DNA of 63,388 nt, filler included, from Stramenopiles sp. TOSAG23-2 (GCA_900128395.1; 26 parts of 26 records of this genome joined end to end with filler, not necessarily neighbours in it), one strand, 5' to 3'. Numbered from the whole stretch's first letter, positions 23,286 to 35,273 are shown. Made by a program: numbers and translations. The notes: generated by a model from the sequence alone, not told the origin.

Positions 23286-23948
23286 TTGAATGCCACATGG
23301 GCTATACGATTATCTCAATACAACATCGATCTAAAGCATCGTAGTGGAAGTAAACATATTGATGCAGATCACACAAGTCGGATGCCACGAGGTATATCTA
23401 AAGAACCAGTGATAAGAATGAATTCAATAGTTGAAGAAGACAATTTTGAAGTTACAATAACATCAGTTAGAACAGGCGCGAATGTAAATGTTGTGGTATT
23501 CAGAGAATCAACTGAGGAGGAACTACAAATAAATGCGATAAGAGAATTAACTGAGGAGGAGCAACAAATAAATGCGATAAATTTACCGCGACTATTCAAC
23601 CAAGCAAAACTGCGAAGAGAGCAGCAACACGACAGCAAATGCCGAGAAATAGTAAAGCAATTAAAGAAAGGAGAACAGGGAAACCAAAGATTCACGAGAA
23701 TGTTTAACTTGAATGAAAAGAATATCTTGGAGTATCAAGCAGTAGTTCGATTCCGAAAATCAGATAGATTTAATAGATTGGAACGACGAAAACCGCAAAT
23801 TGTGATACCAGCTTCGATGGTAAATGACGTAATCGAATACTATCATCATAATGCAACTGTAGCACATATGAGCTTGGAACAAACAGTTACACGCATAAGA
23901 GAATTATTTTATTGGAGAGAATTAACAATAAGAAACCCACAAAAGTAG
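23286..23948 (+). mobile_element. Ty3/gypsy LTR-retrotransposon pol remnant (RNase H C-terminus to integrase zinc-finger start)
   Basis: WAIRLSQYNIDLKHRSGSKHIDADHTSR (end of RNase H); IVIPASMVNDVIEYYHH..AH..TVTRIRELFYW (HHCC region, cysteines and DDE core missing). Confidence 0.8.
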
Positions 23949-24112
23949 TGGAAGACGCAGGAGGCGTAGGAGAAGAGAAGAAGTAGAATTAATAATAATA
24001 AACCCACAAAAGTAGTGGAAGACGTAGGAGACGTAGAGAAAACAAAAGTAGTGGAAGACGCAGGAGGCGTAGGAGAAGAGAAGAAGTAGAATTAATCAAG
24101 ACGTAGGAGATG
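23930..24112 (+). repeat. Purine-rich imperfect direct repeats following the pol remnant
   Basis: CAAAAGTAGTGGAAGACGYAGGAG occurs three times (about 23940, 24007, 24043). Confidence 0.75.
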
Positions 24113-24531
24113 TAGAGAAAGTAGTGAAGAAATTAAATATTAGAAAGTAGAGAAAGAATAGAATAGTAAATAGCGTAGAAGAGAAAGTAGAATATGTACG
24201 ACCTAATCGGAGACGTCTGATTGGAGGAGTCATAAACATACATTCAAACGAACGTTTATAAATAAAGTTCTAGAAAGGAAGAGAGGTAGTATTATACATA
24301 TAAATAGCAGTGTAGACGAGCGCAGAAGATGCGTAGTAGGGGAATAGCATGGGAATCATATGAGGAGAGTGAAACCATATATTCGGTCATAATTATTATA
24401 AATAAAGCGGGGCGCCTGGAAACATATATATNNNNNNNNNNNNNNNNNNNNNNNNNNNNNNNNNNNNNNNNNNNNTTAATTAATTAANNNNNNNNNNNNN
24501 NNNNNNNNNNNNNNNNNNNNNNNNNNNNNNN

Positions 24532-25527
24532 CGTGTGGAAGATGTTAAACGAGGTATTTATTATCATACAACATTGCAAGTTCCAGAAGGAAAGCATCAT
24601 TTTCGTTACACCATTCAAGTGGAAAAGAAAGAAGGTGCTCAAGTTTGGATGGAAGAGCATATTATAATAGATAGAGATTATCCATTTGAGGAATCAGATG
24701 ATTTTGACGATCCAAGTAACGTGTTAATTTTAGATTTAACGAAAAACAAACATTTAAGAAAACAGAAAGAATATTTCCTTGAACAGGAATCTATGATCAA
24801 AACCATTGCTACTGATGGCGATGATAGTGGTGGTAAAAGCAATAATGAAGAAGCTAATAAATTGAAGCAATTGCAAGAAAGCAAAGAACGAGCATTGAAA
24901 TGGATTGTACCGAAAACATGTTTAATTGAACGTATGGAATTAACTAGCTTTTCAGGCCGTGGTCCTGGTCGATTGCCAAATACAATAGTAGATGTAATGC
25001 AAGAATATAAAAAAATGAATATACATAAAGAGAATGTGTTAGAGCGGAAAAGATTATCAAAATTAAAAGCTAAATCGCCTTATTTATATTCTATGGAAAT
25101 GGATAAAAAAAGAAAGAAAAAGTTAGCGCAATTAAAGCGACAAAAAGGTGTTAATGCATTTACAACACCATCTCCAATTGTTTATGGTATTTTACCATTT
25201 TCACACCGCGGGCAAGAGATGTTACATGGTGTGAAATCGACTTATACATTGAAGAATATTAAAGTAGATTCTACGAAACATATACCAAAACGTTATGAGA
25301 AAGCACGGTTGATTGGTACAATGGAAAAATGTCCTGCATTATCAGTATTTGAAATTGAAGAACGTGTTGGGAATATTTTGAAAAATGCACGTAATGTTGC
25401 AGCAATGATGCCGGAACATTATAAAAAAGCTAAATCAAAGTATAAACCAACATTATCAACAACAAGACGAAGAGGAGAGGATAGACCTTACATTCAAGCT
25501 GAAGAAATTGAGTATGGTATTTATTGA
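24532..25527 (+). CDS. Hypothetical protein with possible CBM48/AMPK-beta-like segment, 5' truncated
   Basis: GIYYHTTLQVPEGKHHFRYTI..D..YP..SNVL resembles the end of a glycogen-binding module; remainder unrecognised. Confidence 0.5.
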   Translation, partial: RVEDVKRGIYYHTTLQVPEGKHHFRYTIQVEKKEGAQVWMEEHIIIDRDYPFEESDDFDDPSNVLILDLTKNKHLRKQKEYFLEQESMIKTIATDGDDSGGKSNNEEANKLKQLQESKERALKWIVPKTCLIERMELTSFSGRGPGRLPNTIVDVMQEYKKMNIHKENVLERKRLSKLKAKSPYLYSMEMDKKRKKKLAQLKRQKGVNAFTTPSPIVYGILPFSHRGQEMLHGVKSTYTLKNIKVDSTKHIPKRYEKARLIGTMEKCPALSVFEIEERVGNILKNARNVAAMMPEHYKKAKSKYKPTLSTTRRRGEDRPYIQAEEIEYGIY

Positions 25528-25992
25528 GAGGGGCGAGGGGGGGAAGTTACGTACACACGTACTTCGTATTACAAGGAGTTTTTGCATTCTTTTTTTTCCA
25601 GTTGTCAGTAGCTATATTATAAAATATATAATAATGTTTTCTGATCTTAATTTTTATAAAATAATAATAATGACCAATATTCACAAAAAAATATTTTTTA
25701 CTACGCTTCTTATATTTTTACGAATAGAAAAAATAAAAATTTTACTTCTTCGTAAAATATACCAGTGGTATATATAAACAGAATACGCGAAAGTATAATA
25801 TTATATTTTTACACATACTTTTTTAAAATTTATAATACGGAAAGTCGTATTAAATATATATATTGTATTTTAATTATGTATACGCGCATTCGTACTTTAT
25901 TACGCTTCGTAAAAATATTTTATGTATCATACATATTTGAAAATAAATTAATATTTTATAAAATTAAAATTGATAATACAACTCTTTCTTCC

Positions 25993-26877
25993 TTATTTAT
26001 GTGAACTATTATATTCTTGTACAATTGCTGCAAAATCATTTACATACGCAGCTATTACATCTAAATTTTCCTTTGTTTGTTCACCTTTCAAAAACAATTC
26101 TTCCTCTGCATTTTTTGGTTCTTCATGATGCATACCATTGTTACTATTTTTTGAATCATCATAATGTTTAATAGCACCATGATTTTTCGTACAACGTTGT
26201 AATAAATTTTGTACTGCCATGATTACTTGCCCTACCTCTAACGTTTCTTTCCCTGCCATATTGATGGATTGATCCAATTCTTCCTGACTTTGACCAGCTT
26301 CCGCCTCTGCTTGTTCTAATTTTTGTTGTAAATTAGCTATTGTGTTATTGAAATTCAACATGTTATTTGTTTCTTTTTTCGTATAATCAGCAAATTTTGT
26401 TCGTTGCTCTTCATTTTTTATTTCATTTTTACGTTGTCCCTCAATTAATTCTTTGTTAGAAGATATTAAAGTTTTATGACGGCTTTCTAAATCTGATATT
26501 TCTGGGTAATCCTCCGCATTTTCATTTTGTGTCCTTTCTAAGAAATCACGATATTTTGACATTTTTCTTAACTTTGCTTTTACTTTTTCACATTCTAACT
26601 TCATTACTTCATACTCAATAGTACGTTCTTGTATTTCTTTTTCTTTGTCAATAGCTTGCCTATTTTCATCTCGCGTTCGTTTTTCCGCCCTATTTCGTTT
26701 ACTTTCATTTTCTTGTAAGAATTTATTAAATTTAATCAATGACTCTTGCAATTCCAGATCTTTTTGTCTTAACCCTTCTTCGCGCCTACGAAATGCTTCT
26801 TCCCTACGTGCAAAATCTTCCTTTTGTGCATTTAAAGCCTCTTGGACTTCAAACATTTGCCTACGTTTTTCTAATAT
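25993..26877 (-). CDS. CFAP73: Cilia/flagella coiled-coil protein CFAP73/CCDC42 family (DUF4200), 5' truncated
   Basis: LEKRRQMFEVQEALNAQKEDFARREEAFRRREEGLRQKDLELQESLIKFNKFLQENESKRNRA. Confidence 0.88.
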   Translation of the reverse strand: MLEKRRQMFEVQEALNAQKEDFARREEAFRRREEGLRQKDLELQESLIKFNKFLQENESKRNRAEKRTRDENRQAIDKEKEIQERTIEYEVMKLECEKVKAKLRKMSKYRDFLERTQNENAEDYPEISDLESRHKTLISSNKELIEGQRKNEIKNEEQRTKFADYTKKETNNMLNFNNTIANLQQKLEQAEAEAGQSQEELDQSINMAGKETLEVGQVIMAVQNLLQRCTKNHGAIKHYDDSKNSNNGMHHEEPKNAEEELFLKGEQTKENLDVIAAYVNDFAAIVQEYNSSHK

Positions 26878-26981
26878 TANNNNNNNNNNNNNNNNNNNNN
26901 NNNNNNNNNNNNNNNNNNNNNNNTTAATTAATTAANNNNNNNNNNNNNNNNNNNNNNNNNNNNNNNNNNNNNNNNNNNNGA

Positions 26982-29322
26982 GCGAAATACAGACTACCAC
27001 CAATTCCATTGACTGGTTGGAGTTATGAAGCAGTTAAACTGTGGAACAAGAACAACATTCGAATGCCGCCAAGCTGGAATATAAAAGCACGAGATTATCC
27101 AACTTTATCTGAAGCTAAGAAGTTGGAGTATGGATTTTCTTTGACTTGCAGCTCCCATCCTGGAATGGGAATGTATGCAACTAGGACTCGTGTGAGTCAT
27201 GGGCATGGTTATGAAGTCATATTAAAAAGTGGTGTGGGTCAACGAGCTGTGTATATTCCAGCAACAAAGCGACTTGTAATGTTAGACTCACCAACAAATG
27301 GTTACAATGTGTCCACACACCACAAACCCCGGGCAAATAACTGCTTGGTTTTGGCCATTAGTAGCATGAAATGTGTACCAAATAATATCATAATGGTCTA
27401 TCCAGATCAACCAACAGGAAGCGCAGAATGGAAAAACCATTGGCATTGGTTACTTAATAATAATGGCACCATCTCAACTAATGGTGATCCTAATATTGTG
27501 CTCGGTGTTAAAAACGGGAAGGTTACGTTGGTTCATAAGAGGGACAAGGGTTCAGCAATTGCCTTTCAAGCTTTGGGTGGTGATCCTGAGAGTTATCGTG
27601 ATACGAAGCCAGAGACGAAAATTCCAGACAAAATTCCAGACAAAATTCCTAAGGTAAAAAAACAAATAAATGATGGAATAAACATAGGGAAAAATAACGT
27701 GTCATTTTATGTTGACAACAAGACAGATGGTGGTGGGTGGGTGTTACTTTTCTGCTATAAACATAAAGCGCACACTAATCCGGCATTAGTTGGAAACAAA
27801 TTGCCGCTTGATCCAAAGAACGGTTTCTCTCATGCACATGTGAAAGATATTGTTCAAAGAACTGGTGTGAAGCTAACATTAGATAGTATCCAGGATGTGC
27901 GATTTTACGGTAGAACTTCAGGACATGGGCGTATCATCCACTTTCGGACATCAAAGAGACAGGTAAAAGATATGGCTTTTTCGGGTGAAACATATTATAG
28001 GGACGCTCGTATTTGGAATACAGGTTTTACAAAGCTTCCCGGCCACAATGCTTATATTCCTGGCAAAGCTTCACAGTGTGTATCTGGGGGTGGCCCTGCT
28101 CTCGCTGCGTTTCCATTCTGGATAGGTGGTAGGCATCACTGGGGAATCAAAGGCGAGGGCAGTCGATGGGAAGTTGATGATATGGCACGCGGAGGATGTG
28201 ACACGCTTCATCAGGTCTGGGTACGGTTTAAACCGGGTGTTTTAAAAACATTAATAGCTTTGGGTGGTGATCCTGGGAGTTATCGTGATACGAAGCCAGA
28301 GACGAAAATTCCAGACAAAATTCCAGACAAAATTCAAGTAAGCACTTGTGGAAGTCAGTGGCCCAAGGATACCTGGACCCTGGCGCATGGCGAGATGCAC
28401 AATGGCAAGGCCGTGTGGAGGCGTAACGGTAATCCAAGAAATGACCCAATTTGGTGGGAAAATAACCGATGGGAGATGTGGGGCACTGGACGGGCATATT
28501 ATATCCATCATAAAACACAAGACTGGACAATAGTACCACCCAAACTTGGATGGGTCCCCGCAAAGTATGCTGGTGGTCTGGGAAAAGCACCAGCGCCAAC
28601 ATTAGCATATAATGATGGTCATGGAGTTGGTGCGCCAGGCGGCACTGCTCTTAACCCGCCCGAAGCATCTAGAACGTATAAATCCCTAAACAACAAATTG
28701 AGCATAAGAAAGAAATTTGCAACTATTGATCAATTGAACGGGTCCAACACTGCTAGTAAGCTTTACAATGATCTAAGCGCATCTTTAGAAACTGCTGACG
28801 CTCTTGAGATCAATAAATTGGACCCATTGCGATTTGAAGTCCAAGAAGAAATGTTTCATATAGCAAAAAAAGCTTTGGATCAATTTGAAACAGAAGCTGC
28901 AATAGCATTAGGTAATGAAGACCCAGATGAAGATGATGCATCATGTTATCTATTACTACAACGATATGAAACAATAATTGGATATGTTGTACATGTCAGC
29001 AAATCTCTCAATACTGGCGTTCCAATGAAAACTTATAGTAGACAGGAAGTGAAAGATAAGCTTGTCATGAAAATCATTTCACATATTTTAGATTCATGCA
29101 AGGACTTTGTGACTGCATCTGGGAAAGATGGATTGGAAGGAATTGCTGCATCAGAGTTGGCAGAGACAAAAATATATCTTGAAGAGAAAAAAAAGGAAGA
29201 AGGGGAAGGAAAGAAAAATGGCGAATGGTTGGTGTATCAAGGATTTGAATATCGATTCATTGAACAAAGAATGAACTATGATGGTCATAATAACAATGCA
29301 AAAAAATTTAATGCAAATATGG
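26982..29322 (+). CDS. Large mosaic protein (lectin-like and fibrinogen-like modules), truncated at both ends
   Basis: Open across the whole contig; ricin-like WLLNNNGTIS..LG; fibrinogen-like YVDNKTDGGGWVLL..HQVWVR; C-type-lectin-like YQGFEYRFIEQRMNY at the end. Confidence 0.65.
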
Positions 29323-29422
29323 NNNNNNNNNNNNNNNNNNNNNNNNNNNNNNNNNNNNNNNNNNNNTTAATTAATTAANNNNNNNNNNNNNNNNNNNNNN
29401 NNNNNNNNNNNNNNNNNNNNNN

Positions 29423-30907
29423 GTAATAAAAGAAATGAGAAATAGTTCTAATTCTAATTCAAAAATTTGTACAAATAGAGACCCGAAACAAAGTCATAGT
29501 GTTCGTGTACAAGATAAGACTAACTTTAAGAAAGTAAAAATGAATGATTTACAATGTATATTGAATCTAAATATTAAAAAAGGCACCATTTTAATAGAAC
29601 CTGGTGTAACTGTGGGTGAAATAACGAAATATTTATTGAAACATAATAGTATGCTTGAATGTACATTAGAAATGGAAGAAGCAACATTAGGAGGGCTTGC
29701 CATGGCCACAGGAATGACTACACATTCTCATGTATGTGGATTGATACATGATACTATAGTTGCATATGATATTGTCACAGCAAAAGGGAAATTGTTACAT
29801 GTCACTAAAAGTAATCAATATAAGGATTTATTCGATGCATTGCCATGGTCACATGGTACATTAGGATTATTAGTTAGTCTTGAATTACGAATTGTGCCAT
29901 CTAAACCATATGTGAGATTAGTTTATACATCTTATCATAAACAAAAAGATTATATTAATGGTTACAGTGAAGCTGTGAAATCATCATCATCAGTCATTGT
30001 AGCTGAAGGTGATGAAACGAATCAACCATTTTTTTTAGAAACGATTGTATTTTCAAAAAACGATGCAGTACTTATGGAAGGATATTTATCAGATGGATAT
30101 GAAAATACAAATCAAAAGAATAAAACAACACGGAATAACATTGGTTCATATTATAAACCATGGTTTTTTAAGCATGTTGAAAAGATATGCAATAATAATG
30201 ATAATCAACAACAAGAAGAAGAAATCATTCCAATTTATGATTATCTAATGCGACATGATCGATCAATGTGTATGACAATGGCATATGTTTTACCATTTGG
30301 AAATCATTGGTTATTTCGTTATACATTAGGATGGTTATTGCCGCCAAATATGTCCTTGTTAAAAGGTAGCCATACGGAAAAAACAAGAGAGCAATCTGCA
30401 AGAAAACAAGTTTATCAAGATGTAGGGTTTCCCATTCATCAATTAGAAAATATGATTAATAACTCACACAACATGTTTAATATATATCCATTATTATGTT
30501 ATCCATGTAAAATAAGTAATCGACCTGGATTTTTAGATATAAATCGTAGTGGTATTTCCAATGATAATGATGAATCGCAATTGTTTTTAAATTTAGGCAT
30601 TTATGGTGTTCCAAAAGCAATATTGGATGGAAAAGAATTTAAAACTGTATTAGCAGTCCGTGAGCTGGAACAGATCATACGTGACATTGGTGGTTTCCAA
30701 CATACATATTGCGATAGTTTTCAAACAAAAGAAGAATTTTCAAAAATGTTCAATCATACATTATGGGCTAAATGTCGTTTAAAATATGGTGGTGATAAAC
30801 TATTTCCAACTATTTATGAAAAGACACATCCAAATGATATTGATATTAGTAGTTGGATTGAGCAAGAAGAGAAAATGATATATTTTCTCTCTCACAAGAG
30901 TATATGA
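29423..30907 (+). CDS. Delta24-sterol reductase-like FAD oxidoreductase (DHCR24/DWF1 family), 5' truncated
   Basis: EPGVTVG, ATLGGLAMATG..SHVCGL, DLFDALPWSHGTLGLLV, YYKPWFFKHV, YLMRHDRS, PFGNHWLFRY, FPTIYEK. Confidence 0.88.
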   Translation, partial: VIKEMRNSSNSNSKICTNRDPKQSHSVRVQDKTNFKKVKMNDLQCILNLNIKKGTILIEPGVTVGEITKYLLKHNSMLECTLEMEEATLGGLAMATGMTTHSHVCGLIHDTIVAYDIVTAKGKLLHVTKSNQYKDLFDALPWSHGTLGLLVSLELRIVPSKPYVRLVYTSYHKQKDYINGYSEAVKSSSSVIVAEGDETNQPFFLETIVFSKNDAVLMEGYLSDGYENTNQKNKTTRNNIGSYYKPWFFKHVEKICNNNDNQQQEEEIIPIYDYLMRHDRSMCMTMAYVLPFGNHWLFRYTLGWLLPPNMSLLKGSHTEKTREQSARKQVYQDVGFPIHQLENMINNSHNMFNIYPLLCYPCKISNRPGFLDINRSGISNDNDESQLFLNLGIYGVPKAILDGKEFKTVLAVRELEQIIRDIGGFQHTYCDSFQTKEEFSKMFNHTLWAKCRLKYGGDKLFPTIYEKTHPNDIDISSWIEQEEKMIYFLSHKSI

Positions 30908-31075
30908 GATATGTGGTTTTCCGTATATTTTATAAACTTCGTATCAAATACGATCATAAAAAATATATCTCATTTTTTTAAAGTGTAATAAATATAAATA
31001 TATATCAAATCATCAAATATACTTTGTATCATGTAAAACTCAACACATATGTAAAATATAAAAATACTCAACTTT

Positions 31076-31591
31076 TTAACTAACAAAATACTTCGTATGA
31101 GTTCCAGAGCTAATTTTTGTTTTTGTTGCTTTATCATAAATATTTACTTTAATAAATGCAAGTTTTCGTCCTAATTTTTCTAAAAAACAATCTATTTCCA
31201 AGGTATCACCTAAACCACAACCAGCAAAAAATTGTGTAGAAATATCAACAGAAACATGATTGGATTCTGGTCTTGCTGCAAATAATAACAATGAACCAAT
31301 TGAATCTACAATTTGCATGCTAACAGCGCCATGTAACCCTAACCCAAAATTAAGATGCCTTTGCTCAACTGGCATTTCACATTTAATGAAATTCTCTTTC
31401 ATTTCTGTAACAACACAATTTGAACATATGCCTTCCATACCTTTGTCCCATTTATAATCTGGTTGTGAGACATATTTCGCTTGGTCCATTCCATCACCAA
31501 ATTTATAACCAACCTTCACAGGCATCATATGTTTAATTACATCGTTTTCAAACACTGCTACTAAATTTGGTTTTAAAAACACTTTACTCAT
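31076..31591 (-). CDS. PaaI/ACOT13-type hot-dog acyl-CoA thioesterase
   Basis: HLNFGLGLHGAVSMQIVD..HVSVDIS..KLGRKLAF..GTHTKY. Confidence 0.88.
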   Translation of the reverse strand: MSKVFLKPNLVAVFENDVIKHMMPVKVGYKFGDGMDQAKYVSQPDYKWDKGMEGICSNCVVTEMKENFIKCEMPVEQRHLNFGLGLHGAVSMQIVDSIGSLLLFAARPESNHVSVDISTQFFAGCGLGDTLEIDCFLEKLGRKLAFIKVNIYDKATKTKISSGTHTKYFVS

Positions 31592-31865
31592 TAATATTAT
31601 ATTTATTTGTTTGCCTTATATATCTATATATATATATTATAATTAATAAATAACGTATAATAATAAACAAACAATCAAACAATATAAAATAATTCTAAAT
31701 TCTATTAGACTATTATCATTATAATTAATAAATAACGTATATAATAAACAAACAATCAAACGAATNNNNNNNNNNNNNNNNNNNNNNNNNNNNNNNNNNN
31801 NNNNNNNNNTTAATTAATTAANNNNNNNNNNNNNNNNNNNNNNNNNNNNNNNNNNNNNNNNNNNN

Positions 31866-31969
31866 ATTTTTCCATATTTTTCAAATAGACGTTCCAATAT
31901 AGTATTATCTTCTTCCGTAAGGGACGACAATGTCGTACATGCTTTCTTGTTTGATGATGATGATGCCAT
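31866..31969 (-). CDS. 5' start of a second tandem copy of the F-box-like/ankyrin gene
   Basis: MASSSSNKKACTTLSSLTEEDNTILERLFEKYGK, near-identical to 33835-33938; same strand, 1969-bp offset. Confidence 0.85.
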
Positions 31970-32255
31970 TCTTTTATTATTTATATATATATATATATAC
32001 TATTTTTCAATATATATATATACTATATATACTAATATATATAGTTTCTATATTTTTCTATTTTTATTTTAATTCAAAATTCAATTTATATTTCACCATT
32101 TCTATTATAGTCATTCATTCAATAAGAAGTCCTTTACAACAACACATAGTAATAATAGAAGATATAATATAGTAGAGAGAGAGAGACCTCCGAGGGAATA
32201 AAAGGCGGAGAATTCGTAATATTACGTTATGAAAAGAAGAAATTTTAGTGTGGTG

Positions 32256-32470
32256 TTACAAATATGATTAATATTAAAGTACATCTATTTTGGATTAACA
32301 CCACATCGGTACCGTTTAATCATCTTCACCACTACTACTAGACTCTTCTGAAGCACTCTCTTTTACAAATATGATTAATATTAAAGTACATCTATTTTGG
32401 ATTAACACCACATCGGTACCGTTTAATCATCTTCACCACTACTACTAGACTCTTCTGAAGCACTCTCTTT
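32256..32470. repeat. Exact tandem duplication, 107-bp period
   Basis: TTACAAATATGATTAATATTAAAG... at 32256 and 32363. Confidence 0.9.
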
Positions 32471-32486
32471 TCTTTCACCATTTTCA

Positions 32487-33938
32487 TTATTCGTGAGTTA
32501 GAGTAGATATTCCTCCATGTTTGCGTATTAATTGAATTATTTCATCTTTAATTTCACTATTAATATTACTCTGGTACGCATAATCTAACGGGGTCAACCC
32601 ATCGTATGAAGCATAGTTAATGCACTGCAATGACATATTTTCAAGTAAGCATTTTATCAGATCAGTATTCGTTCTGTTATTATATGCTGCACAATGTAAT
32701 GCATTCTCTTCATCACTATTTGCAATATTAGGATCAGCTTCACCTTGTTCAATTAAATATTTCACTACGTCGCAATGTTCGTACTGTGCAGCTATTATTA
32801 AAGGTGTACATTCCCAACCATTACTATCTTTACCGACCTTGTTGACCATTTGTTTCAATGTCATACCACTTTCCTTTGCATCATGGTTGGTCATCATTAC
32901 TTTTACATTATTCAAATTTCCAGATTCACAAGCATACATTAATGGGTTCATCACACTAACCCAACTGTCTCCTTTGTAATGAGCTTTCATCAAAGTGTTC
33001 AAAGCTGTGTTTTTATACGCACTATCAACTAAATAATCAACTATGTCATACTTTTCATATTCTCCTGCTGCTTTTAAAGCTGTCGTTTGGTCGTCGTCTT
33101 CCTGCGCCTGATTCACCAGTTGTTGCAATGTAATTCCGCTTTCATTGATATCATGATTACTAATCAATGTTCTCACGTCGTCTTCCTGCGCCTGATTCAC
33201 CAGTTGTTGCAATGTAATTCCGCTTTCATTAATATCATGATTACTAATAAATGTTCTCACATCATCAATATTTCCATATTGACATGCAAGTATCAATGGT
33301 GTGCCATTACTACATTCGGTACAATATTTTTTTACCAACACATTTACAGCACTGTTTTCATACAGAATATCAATTAAGAAATTAATTAGCTCCACATCTG
33401 ATTGTTGTCCAAATTTTTTTAATCTTGATATTTCCAAAGCGGTATATATATCACCGTCTGCATTCTCCCATGTTTCATTTACCATTTCTTTCAATGTCTT
33501 TCCACTTTCTTTCACATCATGGTTTTGAACAAACAATTTTACATCCTGAAGACGTCCGAGTTGACATGCAACTATAAATGGTGTTCCGTCTGGAAAATTA
33601 TTTTCATATCCATAATATTTTAATTTATACTTGCACCAGTTATTCAATAAATTATTGCTTCGTAATTTACAAAATTGATGAATAAACGATGTTTTTACAA
33701 ACATATAAAATGATTCCCGATCTAACATTCTTAATATCATTTTTAATATATGTCGACCTGCACCACCAGATGGCAACATATTTATGAATGTACAGGAACT
33801 AACATGTTTATAATGTAATTCTTTTTCCAATACCATTTTTCCATATTTTTCAAATAGACGTTCCAATATAGTATTATCTTCTTCCGTAACGGACGACAAT
33901 GTCGTGCATGCTTTCTTGTTTGATGATGATGATGCCAT
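32487..33938 (-). CDS. Ankyrin-repeat protein with N-terminal F-box-like motif
   Basis: Ankyrin motifs GTPFIVACQLG, GTPLILACQYG, NPLMYACESG, TPLIIAAQYE, NALHCAAY, TPLDYA; INMLP..HILKMILRMLD resembles an F-box. Confidence 0.88.
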   Translation of the reverse strand: MASSSSNKKACTTLSSVTEEDNTILERLFEKYGKMVLEKELHYKHVSSCTFINMLPSGGAGRHILKMILRMLDRESFYMFVKTSFIHQFCKLRSNNLLNNWCKYKLKYYGYENNFPDGTPFIVACQLGRLQDVKLFVQNHDVKESGKTLKEMVNETWENADGDIYTALEISRLKKFGQQSDVELINFLIDILYENSAVNVLVKKYCTECSNGTPLILACQYGNIDDVRTFISNHDINESGITLQQLVNQAQEDDVRTLISNHDINESGITLQQLVNQAQEDDDQTTALKAAGEYEKYDIVDYLVDSAYKNTALNTLMKAHYKGDSWVSVMNPLMYACESGNLNNVKVMMTNHDAKESGMTLKQMVNKVGKDSNGWECTPLIIAAQYEHCDVVKYLIEQGEADPNIANSDEENALHCAAYNNRTNTDLIKCLLENMSLQCINYASYDGLTPLDYAYQSNINSEIKDEIIQLIRKHGGISTLTHE

Positions 33939-34306
33939 TCTTTTATTGTTTCTCCACTTTCACTTTAATATATATATATATATAATATTTATATCTCTAC
34001 TATTTTTCACTCACTATACACAGACGACTTTGTATTCATTCAATTCAATTTTCAATTTCTAATAATATAATACGTAATTAAAATAAAATAGCAAGCATGG
34101 GCAAGCAGTATACACAAAGATATAGAAAGGAAAAAAAATTGCAACACTAACATACAACATATAATATCATTTGTTCTTATCGAATTATTCCCATCGTCAA
34201 TACATTNNNNNNNNNNNNNNNNNNNNNNNNNNNNNNNNNNNNNNNNNNNNTTAATTAATTAANNNNNNNNNNNNNNNNNNNNNNNNNNNNNNNNNNNNNN
34301 NNNNNN

Positions 34307-35273
34307 AAATGGCATCCATTTCTTCATCTTTTAAATGTACATTTAGCATTCCAAGCGCTCTGCTAATTTCATCACGACTTAATGTACCACTACCATCTTC
34401 ATCCCAAGATTGAAAGACGCGTGCTAATGATGGATGTGCCGCCATCCGTTCTTTTAACATCTTCAATGCTGATTCCACTCTATTTTTCCATAAATCGCGT
34501 TGTGCATGTCTTCGAATAGTTGATATACGGTTACCATTTGCATCATCCAGGCCTGTAGGTGTATTTCCACCAGAAACTAAATCTTTGTATGTCATACCAT
34601 CTAATCCTTTAATAGAACGATGATTTTTATTAGGTGAACTATGTCCACCACCAGGTCTTTTTCCTTGTCTTCGAATAGTTGATATACGGTTACCATTTGC
34701 ATCATCCAGGCCTGTAGGTGTATTTCCACCAGAAACTAAATCTTTGTATGTCATACCATCTAATCCTTTAATAGAACGATGATTTTTATTAGGTGAACTA
34801 TGTCCACCACCAGGTCTTTTTCCTTTCGTTGGACTTTGTGAATGTGGACTGGTTGGGCTATGTATTGTTAGCAATAAACTCCCAACTTCTCGAGGTCGTA
34901 AATAGGAACCACGATCATCATGTGCTGGGTTGGGAGCTTTAATACCATACGCCCATCTAACTCCTGCACGGCCGTTTGGTGCAGGTTGTATAGGAGGTTG
35001 CTGTTGCCAAGATTGTATGGCTGGGATTTTCACTTGTGTTGCATCTGTATTGTGTGTTGGTGGTGCTAATAAACGGACATTACTACAACCCAATGCTTTC
35101 CTACGATGCCGTACACCAATACCATGGTCTAACTTATCATAATTTTGTCTACCACGTGCTTGATTTGCTCCTGCTTGTCTTGGTGAACGATTTGGTGTAA
35201 AGCGCGATTCTTTAATAGGTACATCCATTGGTACACCACCAAAACCCGTTGGTCCTCCAGGTCTTCGTGGCAT
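34307..35273 (-). CDS. EF-hand protein, 3' truncated; contains an exact 159-bp in-frame duplication
   Basis: VFQSWDEDGSGTLSRDEISRAL canonical EF loop; duplication starts at 34507 and 34666. Confidence 0.8.
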
